From the NCBI RefSeq assembly GCF_963921235.1, contig NC_086097.1:69442001-69506000 (forward strand): a DNA stretch of 64,000 nucleotides, written 5' to 3'. Below, piece after piece: positions 43,886-56,687 of the stretch. A model generated the notes under the pieces. It searched no databases, was not told the origin of the DNA, and worked only from the letters and a program-made list of their open reading frames with translations. This stretch comes from Mobula hypostoma. Lineage: Eukaryota. The position numbers and the translations under genes were made by a program. Position 1 is the stretch's first letter, and every line of letters starts with the position of its first letter.

Positions 43886-45297
43886 AGTTCATAGCTTCTT
43901 TTTGGATTATTACCTTGAGTTAAGCTTAACAAATTTTGGTGGAATTGTTTTTCTTTTCACAATGTATAACTTTAGTTTGTAATGCTAAAAGTTTTATGGT
44001 TTTTAATTTATAAAAGATGGAGCTGATGACAATGTTAAGAGACAGGAGGTTGGGTTTTGGAGTGACTTTTTTTTGAAGGGCTTGCTGCTGCTTTTCGGTA
44101 GCTCTCTTGCCGTGTGGTGCAAGGGGAGGGAGGGAATTCTAATGCCTATATTATTCATAGAACCTTTAGATATTTGTATTAGTCAGGACTTATTTCTGTC
44201 CTGTTTTTCTTGTTTTATGCTTTTGCCCCAGAGCTGTTACTCGAATTTCTGATAATGCATTTGCCTACTATCCTCTGTCTTTTTTTTTTGAAAGGACAGT
44301 GGTTAGTCCGTTGAATTTTGTAAACTGGAATGTTAAGGGATTGAACCATCCTGTTAAAAGAAGGAAGGTGTTTTCACATCTTAAACAGCTTAATGCAGCA
44401 ATTGCTTTTTTGCAAGAAACACACATTCGCAGTTCTGATAACTCTCATCTCACGTCAAGCTGGGTGGGGCAGCACTTCCATTCTACTTTTCAGGCTAAAG
44501 CCGGGGGGCGGGGGGGAGGTGGGGAGGGGTCTCACTTCTTATAAATCAATATGTTCCCTTTGAGCTTCATAACAAAGTATCTGATACAAATGGATGTTTG
44601 ATTATTGTCTCGGGGAAATTATTTAACACATGGATAGTCTTGGCTAACTTATACGCTCCCAATTCGGATGATGTGGAGATTTTTGATTGTTTTTTTCTCT
44701 TTATTGCCTGAGCTGAGTTCATATTCTCTCATATTGGGCGGTGATTTTAATTGTTGGTTAGATCCAGTTTGGATCGATCGTCCTCTATTCCTAGACTACC
44801 AAGTAAATCTGCTTTATCAATTCAGTCTTTCCTTTCCAATTATGGTATCTCCGATGTATGGTGTTTTCTCCATCCAAATGGGAGAGATTACTCTTTTTTT
44901 CACATGTCCATCACACTTTTACTAGAATTGATTATTTTTTAATTGGTAATCTGCTGATTCCATCTGTTTGCTCTTGTGACCATCAGAGTATATTGATTTC
45001 AGATCATGCCCCAGTCACCCTATCTATAATCCTTCCTGGTTTCCCCCAAATGAATAAGCATTGGCATTTTAATCCGACCCTGTTGTCAGATAATGATTTT
45101 ATAAAATTTATGGAGGACCAGATAACTTTTTTTTAAATACTAACATGTCATCTGAAACCTCAAGTCAGGTTGTTTGGGATGCTATGAAAGCATATCTAAG
45201 GGGTCAAGTAATTTCATATACTGTGAATTTGAAAAGAAAGACTCTTAAAGGGCGATTAGATCTGGTCAATCAAATTAAAGCAACAGAGCAACTATAT

Positions 45298-45511
45298 CAA
45301 AGTTGCTGGTGAACGCAGCAGGCCAAGCAGCATCTATAGGAAGAGGCGCAGTCGACGTTTCAGGCCGAGACCCTTCGTCAGTCCTGACGAAGGGTCTCGG
45401 CCTGAAACGTCGACTGTGCCTCTTCCTATAGATGCTGCTTGGCCTGCTGCGTTCACCAGCAACTTTGATGTATGTTGCTTGAATTTCCAGCATCTGCAGA
45501 ATTCCTGTTGT
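45298..45511 (+). mobile_element. Penelope-like palindromic terminal-repeat insertion (214 bp) in L1 ORF2
   Basis: 13-bp TSD agagcaactatat (45285-97, 45512-24); inverted arms 45296-45381 and 45384-45469 with one mismatch. Confidence 0.9.
45379..45416 (+). ncRNA. Minimal type I hammerhead ribozyme motif
   Basis: CAGUC - CUGACGA - AGG gucucgg CCU - GAAA - CG - UC^ - GACUG: 5-bp stem I, intact core, stem II, ACGU palindromic stem III, GUC cleavage triplet. Confidence 0.75.
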
Positions 45512-46387
45512 AGAGCAACTATATGCCCAGACCAAAAATCCAGAGTTGTATAAGACACGAGTGGAACTTCAAACTAAGTTTAACCTTATTTCCACTCACC
45601 TAATTGAACGCCAACTTTTGGAAAGTAAGAGCTGGTTTTATATCCATGGTGATGAATCCAGTAAATTTTTAGTTAACTAACTAAGACGCTCTAAAGCTAA
45701 ACAACATAGTACAAAAATTCGAATGGGTAATGGGAATATTACCGTGAATCATTCTGAAATTAATGATACAACATCAGGAAGTGTTATTGATAGTGAATAA
45801 GGTTATCGTAGATTACAAGGGAATCTTGATTAGTTAGGGAAGTGCACCAAGGAATGGCAAATAGATTTCAATACAGATATGAAGGAGGTGATTCATTTTT
45901 GGAAAGATAAATCATCATGGGACTTGTACAATGAATAATCGACAACTAGGGAATGTAACAGAACAGAGGGATTTAGGAGTACAAGTGCATAGTTTTTTTG
46001 AAAGTGGCATGATACGTGGGCAGGATGGAGAAAAGGGCATTTAACATGCTGACCTTCATTAATCAGGGCATTGGGTATCGGAATTATAGCTGCATAATTC
46101 ATTGATGAGGCCAAACTTGCAGTACTGTTATAGAGTTTTTATCTTCCTATTATAGGAAAGATGTGGTTAAACTGCAAAGAGTGCAGAAAAGATTTACGAG
46201 TATGTTGCTTGAACCAGAAGTCCTAATTTAAGGGTAAAGTTGACCAGGCCAGGCCTTTATACCTTGGAATTTAGAAGAATGAGAGGTGACATTACATAAG
46301 TGTTTTATAATATTGGGAGGAATAAATATAGTTGACGATAAGTCTTTTCCCCAGTTTACGCGAGTTGTAACAAAGGGAGTATATTTG

Positions 46388-46593
46388 GAGTACAGCTGGC
46401 TGGTGGTGTAGTGGCATCTGCATGGGACTTCAAGGCAAGTGGTCCCAGGTTTGAATCTGGCACGCTTTCCATCGGTGCTGAGTTGAGCATCGAGCTAGCA
46501 ACTTCGCCCTGTAAAAAAACAGACAAAAATGCAAAAGAAACGGCAAAGTTGCCACCTGATACACCACAAGGTACGGAAAGGAACAACAGCAAT
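46388..46593 (+). mobile_element. tRNA-derived SINE
   Basis: A box TGGTGTAGTGG (46404-14), B box GGTTTGAATCT (46448-58), AACAACAGCAA tail, 9-bp TSD gtatatttg (46379-87, 46594-602). Confidence 0.8.
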
Positions 46594-46716
46594 GTATATT
46601 TGTGGTGAGAGGGGAATGATTTAAAAGGGATCTTGAGGAAAACGTTTTCACACAGAGAGAGGCGAGTATGTTGACCGAGCTGCCAGATGAAGTGGTTGAG
46701 TCAGGTACAGTGGTAT

Positions 46717-47003
46717 TGTGGCGACCCACTTTCTGGCACCCACGAACCGGCTCACGAAACAGCGCGCGCAGGCAGAGGGCCGGCAGCAAAAAGGGCGCCA
46801 AGCCATCTTCACCAGCAGGGGGAAAATCCCGCGCACAGAAAGGGTCTGGGAATATGCATTCCCCACAGTAGTCCCGCCCAGGGAGGGCGGGAACGGGAAG
46901 GCTTTAAAGCGGGCCGCGAAGTTTGAATAAATCTCTTTCATCGCAACTCTAACTCACCAACTCCGTGTGGTTATTCTAGCGCTGTGTGTAGCACATCGCT
47001 ACA
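46717..47003 (+). mobile_element. Short solo LTR (287 bp)
   Basis: TGTGGCGA..TCGCTACA inverted ends; perfect TSD GTAT; CpG-rich; TTTAAA then AATAAA (46926-31). Confidence 0.85.
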
Positions 47004-47346
47004 GTATCATTTAAGAAGCACTTAGATAGGTATGTGGAAGGCAAGGCTGAGGGATGTGGGCCAAATGCAGGAAATTGGGACTAGTTGGTGGGCATTCTGG
47101 TCAGCATGGACTCACTGTGCCAAAGGGCCTGTATCCTTGCCTTATTCCTCTATCACTGTATGCCTCTATTTTGTGTGTGTGTGTGTATATATATAGTCAT
47201 CAAATTTAATATGAAGTGGCCATAATTACATGGCTACCTGTATGACCTTGTGCACAATTAAGCTGTGCTATTTCTATTCTTGCAAAAGTAACTGCTCATG
47301 AGAACTTCTTTGACTTTAAAGTGGTGGATACATTCATTGGTTGTAA

Positions 47347-47634
<288 letters not shown>

Positions 47635-50281
47635 TGAGTAAATTGAAATAAATTAATCTTCTGGTTTGTTGCAAGATATTTGGCCTCTGGCCTGCTCTTT
47701 TGATCATCATATTTTGTGTGCTTGTTCAGTTATATTTGGGATGATTGATGACATCCCCCTCCCAAGGTAGATTTTGTCAGTCGTAATGATGATAATGATA
47801 ACAGTGAAGGATTTATAAAATAAACTTGTGTTGGGCATGACAAATTTTCTCTATTTTGTCATCAAATTTCAGTCAGATAATTTGATGCTACTATTTTACC
47901 ATTTCCGTCTCAATATTAGATTTTTTTTTAGTTTCATCTTTGTACTGAAAATTTTAAAAAGTGAAAGTTAACTCAGATAAAAAGGTTAATCAAAAGCATG
48001 GGTAAATTGTTCTGTGTTGGTTGCATTACCAAGACCATTGAAAGTTGTATGCAACTTGCCACCCCAGTCATTTCTGTAGTGACAGATGTATGTGAATTTG
48101 AATACCATCCGTGCATTACTGAATAACCCTGAATCAGGAAGGAAATCACATTGTGATGCTTTAAGATGCCAGTTTTTGCGATATTTAGGTTGATTTTCCA
48201 TTTAGGTATCAGCTCAGTGGTGGTGATGACAAGCAACCACCTCATTGCCTCATGGAGGTCCACTGGGCAGGAATAGTGCTACCAAGTAATAGCATTGCTG
48301 AGGTCCTAGACTTGTGTTGCTGATGGTCTTTTCCTGGTATTTGTGTGGCGTAAATGTTATTTGTTGATTTTTAGCTCATCTTTGAATTGGCCTTTTGGGA
48401 GAAAGAGAGTCCTCTTCACTGCAAAGTTGTGAATATAATTGAACAGTATGCAGTCATCAATAAACATCCCAACTCCTAACTGAATTATAGAGGGTGGAAG
48501 CTGAAGATGGATAGACTAGGATACCACTGAGGGAATCCTGCACCAATGCCTGAAGCTGAAATAATTGACACTTGTTAAACAGAACTATCCCCATCAGTGA
48601 AGAAATTTCTCTTATCATTCCAAAATCACTCTTCTCCTTTCTCAGTATTGACGTAAGGGCTGTTTGGGTAGATAATCAGTGTTATCACAAGTCTATGAAT
48701 GAATATAAATGCAGATGTCCATATTGTCACATAATTTCTTGATGTTTAAATGACTTTTTCTTTTTTTCAATAGCAAAGTATATAACATTGCAATGTTCCC
48801 TCGTATATTCTTTCTGCCATCCTTCTTTTGCCATTCTCTTGTCCATATCACTTTGCACGTCCTCTCAACCTATTGCATATTTATAATTTCAGTAAACTTG
48901 GATGCTATATTCATAGCCTCTTCTAAGTGATCTGTATAGATTTAAAATAACTGAGGCTTTGGCATTGATCCTTTAACTTGGCAATATAAAACTTATCCTT
49001 CTATCCATGTTGTTTTCTGTTCAACTAATTCATTGATTAGGCAAATATATTCCTGGCTAGAAGATTTTCAGAACAGTCAGTTTATCCTTGGTGGGAGGTT
49101 GGGTGGATGACTTTTGTCAGTCAGAATTGGCAGTCACTTAGACAACTCTTGATTGATTGAAGAAAGCCAACAAATTATGTTTAAACAAATCATGTTTAGC
49201 TAACGTAGGGAAAAATTTCTTGAGTAATATGATTTTGGTTCATCAGAAAAATGGCATTTCTGTGCATGTTTCTGGAAACGTGCATGGAACAGTGATAATA
49301 ATAAAATAAGATTTTGTCTAGCTATAGAAAATTATATGAATAATTTAGACAGTGAGCCTAAGACCCCAATTTCAATGGAATAAACATTGATTTGAAATGT
49401 ATAAATGTGAATTTAAAGTTTGACAGGAAAGAATGTTAATGAACAATAAAATCCTTTAAAATAGAGATGTTACTTATGATGGGACTCAACAATGGCAACT
49501 TAAACTGAGATTCTGGCTGGACTCAAAATTGATAGAAGTAGTTCCAGGAAAATAAGCTGGGATTTCCAGGGAAGGATGGGGGAGTGAGATAAACTGGATT
49601 GCTCTTCATTGGACTGCAATTAAGAGAATTACTTTCTGTAACTATTCTGTGATTTCTGTGAAAATGCAATTGTTTTATGTTCACTTACTCTTAATTTATC
49701 CTGCTTGTTACATCCTCAAATAATTGCAATAAAATGTTTGGCATGATTTCCTTCTATCACCATGTGGCCACATGCTTAAGAAGTCAGGACATTTAAAAAC
49801 GTTTTCAATAAAAGGTGTAACAGTACAAAGTTAATTAAACTTTCTTCTCTTCAGTTGAAGCACCTGCTTAAACTAAGAATCTATCATTCATAAATCCATC
49901 AATTTATCTTGATGTAATAATCTACCTTATGTATTTATATTCATTGTGTTTTTTTTATTATTGTGTTCTTTATCCTCAGTGTTTTGTTTTTCTACTATAT
50001 TGGATCCGGAGTAACAATTATTTCACTCTCTTTTACACTTGTGCACGGGAAATGACATTAAACCATCTTGAATCTTGAAGGCAATTGCTTAATGAAAATA
50101 CATGGGTGGCCGATACTCTATCACTTTGTTGTTCAGTCCAGTTACTGTCTTAATAACCAGGATGTGATCTGCTTTTCCTTTACTTGTTTTATTTGGCGGT
50201 TAACTTGTAGGTTAAATCAAATGCAACTTTTTTGGGGGGTCTTGTGGACAAAAAAAATCTTAGTTTTTATTTTTATTTTAA

Positions 50282-50479
<198 letters not shown>

Positions 50480-51221
50480 TGAACGTTATGTTGTTTATAG
50501 ATCCTTTTTTTGACTCCAATATTTGACTGGTGCTGTATTTTAAAGTCTTACCAGTGATTCATCTAATTACGTGAATCTATTCTGAACTGCCTATGTCTTG
50601 AGAGATTTGCAAGTTACTTATATGCATGGTCTTCTACAGTGTAGTAGGTTATTTTGCCAATTCAGTATGTTACATGTGTTTCAAGCTGCTATAGGTTGTC
50701 TCTTCTGAACTGTTGTCGTTGAGAATTCTGAAATAGTAACAATATGCAAATATTTGCCGTAAACATTCAGTAGTAAAGTTGTTAAAGTTGCTCAGATTGT
50801 TGGAAGTTTACTGTGTATTTAATTAATGTTGCAAACACATTGGAATATTATTGTTTCTGAACTGTTTCATCACACAATCTTGCAAAATTGTGTTCAATAA
50901 TGTTAAATGTTTTTGCTTGGTTGATTTCAAGTCGTGAAATAAGTGACCATATTTGTCTATTATGTCAAATATAGTGCACGTCAAATATACCTGCATTAGG
51001 TCATTTGACTTAAGTCCAAAAGCATCGATTTTACCTCTTCGTGTTGTGTGGAGCATACAATGAACCAATTTAAATTTATTCCCTTATTTTTAACTTTTAC
51101 TCTGAACTGCTTGAAATTGAATGATATTTTTAACATTGGATTCAAAATAACGTCCAGCAAGGAGGATGCCAGATTCCACTTGCACATGATTGCTGAACAG
51201 GCCCCCTAGGTCTGAGTCAAC

Positions 51222-51250
51222 GTAGTAGTAGTAGTAGTAGTAGTAGTAGT
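51222..51250. repeat. (TAG)n microsatellite
   Basis: gtagtagtagtagtagtagtagtagtagt. Confidence 0.9.
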
Positions 51251-52698
51251 GCCAGAATCATTACTTTCTTTATTTGATGCTTTATTCAGATGCTTACCAA
51301 GTTTTATCCCAAACTGGAAAATTTAGTTGAGATTTAGTACTACCATGTTTGAGGCAGTGTATAGTCTTTCGCAGTACATGGTATTGTGGTTTTGAAAGTA
51401 AAAGGTGTTAAATGTCAAAGTTAGCATGATTTAAGTGAGATGCAATTACAATCCATTATGCTGTTGGGTACGAGTCTAATCCCAGTAAACTTGGTTATGC
51501 CGCTCACCCTCCACAAACAAGATGAAAAAAAATATTGTATTTTAATTAAGCTACTTTTAACAGAAACAGCAGGATACCTGAGGAATTGGGACACTTTCTG
51601 GGTGAGATGGGAACTCGACATACCAGATAGATTGTAGCTCAACAGCACAGGATCAGTATCTTTGCAGAGCGAGTTAGTTCATGCTGATGAGGAAGATCGA
51701 AACCAGCTTGGTGAGGGAACCAGAGGGCAAAAACAGAAGGGGAGAAAGCGTGTAGGATTAGAAGTTTTAGGTGAAGGGGTATCTCTGAAGGTAAAGCAAG
51801 AAGAAATGCTAATGTTGCAGGCTGGTGACAGCAGTAAGGATAACCAGTGTGGTGGAAGAAGAGTGCACAAGCATGGTAGTAAACTTGCAGTAATGAAAAG
51901 GATAGGATTCAAGACCTTTTATTTGAAAATATGCTGCATTCACAGGAGATTGATGAGCTAATGGCACTGTATATAGCCATTGGGGAAGCTTGTGAGGTGA
52001 CCCATACTGGGAACTTAATATTTAGGAGTGTTTGATATTTTGAAAGGCTGGGCAAAAGAGAATTTGAAATGAGGTAGCTCTGCTAATCAAGGGTGAAATC
52101 ACAGCAGTGGGGAGGAATAACATTGGCTCAGAAATCCCAGATGCTGGATCATTTTTTGATGGAGATAAGAGATTGTATGTGTAAGAAATCACTGCTGAAA
52201 ATACTTCGAAGGCCTTTCTCCAACAGCTGCTTTACTGAAGGTCTTTTTCAGGCTAGGAGGATGTTACTAGTCGTGTGCTAGAAGAACCAGTTATTTCTAA
52301 ATTCTATTAATTGCTTGCAAGAGAGCATACAATGTAACTTTGAAAACAGTGCAAAGGACATGGATATCTCAGTGATCCTCTATTAATCACAAAACAAGTT
52401 AAGCAGGCAGGTGTATCAAATGGTTAGGAATGAAAGTGCCATATTGGCCTCTATTGCAAGGGGAGTTGCAGTTTACAATTGCAGAGGATGCTGTTGAGGC
52501 CACACCTGGTTTCCTTTTTAATGGTAGGATGTACTGGTATTGGATGTAATTAGAAGAGATTCTTACGCTTAATTCCAAGGTGTGGGTTGTCCTGTCGTAA
52601 GTTAAATTTGATACATACTTAATGTTAAAAAGAATAAAAGGTGCCTTACTGAAACATGTAAGATTATAAGGGGACATGACATTGTAGATATTGAAATT

Positions 52699-53662
52699 CA
52701 GTGAATTCCAGCTCATTATAACCCATCAGGACCAGTACATTTTGGCCCGATTGGTCAAATTTTCATGGAAATATTTAAAAAGGTATAGAGGTATAAAATA
52801 GAAGAACTAAGTACAATTTATGTAATTAAATGAAATTCAGAACAAATTAGAGCACTGTCAGTACTACTACAGTACTATAAAACTGTGTATTGGTTCCTAA
52901 TAGTTATCGATGGAGGAATTCAGTGTATGATGCCGCATCCTTTTGATTGACTGTAAATGAGTAAAGTAAGCCAGTGTAGACACCTCATTGTAGATAATGG
53001 ACTGACTTCATACTAATCTATTGATTGCATCCTCCAAATCATCATTTTCATTATAACATTCAAGATGATTGTCAATGCCTTCAGATTCTTTGTAGTTCCT
53101 AACTTGCTGAAGTAGTGATATTCTTTCATTTTCACTCCCGGCCATTTCTGGTATCTCCAAGCCTGATTGCTTGAATCTGCAGTGAGCAGAACAGTTCTGA
53201 ATTGTCTTACTGCTAATTTCTTTTCAACTATTAGTGACAAAAATCACTGCTTTTTGAACACAAGCACAACTGACGCAATTTAAAAACTGTTCTCTCTCAG
53301 CATGGTGTAGACTCTAACGGACACACAAGTGCACGTGTCTGACGCTGGTTAGAAACTGTTAGACTACAGTGTACTGCCCCAATTTAGTGACAAAAATCAC
53401 TATTTTTTGAACACTAGCACGCACAACTGACTCGATTTAAAAACTGATCTCTCTAAACTTAGCGTAGTGTCTAACGGCCACACAAGTGCATGTGTCTGAT
53501 GCTAATTAGAAATTGTTAGGTAACAGTGTACTGCCCCAATTAAGCAGCAAATAAATGAAGGGAATCCCAGCTATATTCTCGATTAGCTTTTGTTCTTTAA
53601 GAGTTGTTCCCAATAAGTGGCTGCCCCAGTTAACCAATGGTCCAATTAACTGGCACTTCCTG
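52699..53662. mobile_element. Probable Tigger-like MITE inside a decayed CR1, with an internal tandem duplication of period 153 (53233-53541)
   Basis: Imperfect TIRs CAGTGAATTCCAG / CTGGCACTTCCTG-TA; CR1-like sequence continues across the insertion; duplicated unit agtgacaaaaatcact..gtgtactgccccaatt. Confidence 0.55.
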
Positions 53663-54447
53663 TATTTCCACATTTGGAGGAATCTTGAACGAAGAGACAT
53701 AGTTATAAGGAAAAGCCTTTTAAGACAGGTGCATTGGAGAATCTTCTTGGACAAGGTGAGAAATGTGTGCGAGTCTCTTTCCCAGAGTTTTGTAGAGGCT
53801 AGATCATTGTGGGTATATAAGAAGGAAGTAGATAAGCTTTCAGAAGATCAAGGTACTGAAGGCTATGGGAACCTGGCACAAAAGAGAAGATGAGGCCTCT
53901 GGCCAGATCAGCCTTGATCATGTTGAATGGTGAGAAGGTTTGAGAAGCCAAGTGGCCTCTTCAACTATTTTCTAGCAGTACCTTTCTTTCACTGTTTCTC
54001 GGACCATTGTATTGAAGAATCAATCAATCTGATATTGTGGCACAAGACAAATTTATTAATGATGATGTACGTCAAAAACCACTAACTTGGAAAGAGTGAT
54101 CATAGCACGATAGAATTTCAAGTTTGAGAGTGAGAAATTGTTTCTGAATTGAGAAACTTAAATTAAGAGTTACAATAGCATGAGGACAAGAATTAGCTGA
54201 AATGGACTGGGAAGTAGATAGGAGGGTCAGATGGTACATATTTTAGAGAAGATAAGTATTGGTTTCTCAGTCAAATGCAAGAAATTCATCCATTCATTGC
54301 TTTGCTTTCTTGGGCCATGTAACTGTAGGTTCATAAAAGAGGCTTATCATCAAAGTTAGTATTACTGATCATGCAGCTGTTATGTTAAAAAGTAATATAC
54401 AAAGAAGCAATGTAGAGAGTTATAAATGCTTGTCTCTTCTTTTGTAG

Positions 54448-54651
<204 letters not shown>

Positions 54652-56495
54652 TAAATTATCGTTAAACTATTTTAATCAGCTTGCTTAAAATATATTGGAA
54701 AATTGCAACCCATTGGATGTTAAATGCTTAAGATTTGCATGATTTAGAATGTTGTGTGTTTTTATTCAATGTTTTCTTTTTTATTCTTGCCTATGAAGAG
54801 ATGTATTTTAGTTAAAGTAGAATGTTGGTAGAGAATTAGGACACATTAGTTTAATTTAGACTATTGATTGAGATTGTAGTATCTAGTGGAGATCAGCTTT
54901 GAAGACTGCATAGAAAAAGGCCAAGGGTGAGTTGATTTGAACAAAAAATAGTCATGATGGATTTTTAATAGGCATTTAGCAGAGGTGTGAGAGGTCCTGA
55001 GATGAGTGTGATGTATAGAATACAGCCACAAGTTGGCTCTTTCATAAGTGTTGATAAGTTCTACTTTACCTTAAAGGCCTTTTGCCTCAAGTCCTGTTTA
55101 AAAAAAACACAAATATATTGATCTGTTGGCTAATTAACGATAACATACTTTTACTAACTACTCTAACTGAAGCTTCCAAAGTTGCTTATCAAACACAGAA
55201 TTTGAAAGAATCTGACACCAAGCCACAAAGAGAGTCCAAGATTCTCCAAAGCTTAGAGATTGTCCATGGCTTAGCCAAAAATGTTCATCTGTAAGGAGGA
55301 AATGGATATAACAAGTATGAGGCTTTGGAAAATAAGTATTGAGGTTATACCAAGGCAAATGAACATTTAAATTTGAGGATATCCAAAAGGTCAGATTTGA
55401 AGGATTACAGAGTTCAACAAGACTCACAGACATGGAAAAGATTGCTTAGGCAAGGTCTGAAAGAAAATTCTTAATGTATTATGATTTTAAAACACGGGCA
55501 TTCTTTGAGCAAGAATCTTAGTTGTTCGGCAAGCACTTAATATGATGGTGAACAATTAATGAACTGGTTGCTGAACTTAAGGTGAGCATAATTTTATATT
55601 GGCAAGAAGACCAGAAGTTGAGTAGGACAGGAATCAGAATTAATAAAGGCATTGAGTATTTTAGCATAGGTTGCTTAGGTGTAAGTGGAGATTCTGGAAG
55701 ATTCCATAATGTGGCATCTGTGATAATGTGTGGTCATAGTGATGGAACAGAAATGTGGTCAGATATAGCACTAAAGTTACAACCAATATAGTATAATTTT
55801 AGACAGTATCCAAGTGAGGATTCGAGTCAGTGGTGAGGAAACAAAAGCTTCTGATGGATATCTGCAATAAGTCAATTTTTAACTGAAGAAAGTTGCTACT
55901 CATCCTCATTTGGATGTTAGAAGAACAATTTTTGGTGGCATAGGAATCGAGCGGTACTTGTAGATAAGAGAACCTGTGGTGAAACCAGAGATAGCTGTGC
56001 GATATGGGAAGAATTTTTTCGGTGTGGAGCCAGCTGTTTGTTGAAAGAGCATTGGAGTCCCTCCCAATACTTTTGCCTCTTTGCACTTTAACTTTTGCTG
56101 CTGTTTATTAATTTTATGTTCATTTTTAGGCCATCATTGCTGGAAGATTGTTTTTAGCATTAGGGACTGTGCTACCAGAAATTATTTCAAGATGCAAATT
56201 ATGTTTTATATTCCGAAATCAGTAAAATAACTTCTTTTTAATCTTGGGTTCATAAAATGTGTTTATTTTAACAAAAGAATTAATGTCATTTTTATATAAA
56301 TATGCTGTTTTACTTTCTCCAAAGCATTAGCAATTTTCTTGTATGCATCACATTGATAACTTGCTGGAGCTAGTTTCCTTTTTCTTGTGTCAATCCTGAA
56401 AACAATTACATTGTAAGCTTTCATATTTAGTGCTATTTATTGCATTAATTACTGAAGAAAAGTGTAGATTGAATTTAAAATGAATGTGTATTTAA

Positions 56496-56687
<192 letters not shown>

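Larger units (their letters stand above)
35907..45770 (+). mobile_element. L1-clade LINE (5' UTR, ORF1 about 36062-37053, ORF2 endonuclease from 44299), 3'-truncated and split by insertions
   Basis: ORF1 motifs SRRQNLRILGLPE and DYAPQVLSLRARY..PSLRFAARL; ORF2 NWNVKGLNHPVKRRKV..FLQETH, LGGDFN, TRIDYF..SDHAP. Confidence 0.9.
45771..47170 (+). mobile_element. CR1 LINE RT/3' remnant, interrupted by a SINE and a solo LTR
   Basis: Decayed segments such as RKDVVKLQRVQKRFTSML; CR1-type 3' UTR gggcctgtatcc..ctctat; ends approximate. Confidence 0.78.

Noticed and set aside
45296..45469. Assembly artefact or conserved pre-miRNA
   Set aside because: The perfect 13-bp TSD, a mismatch between arms and related copies elsewhere indicate a real mobile insertion; nothing in the sequence supports a conserved miRNA.
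46395..46470. tRNA gene
   Set aside because: A and B boxes are present, but there is no convincing cloverleaf or T-run terminator, and it has a SINE tail and TSD.
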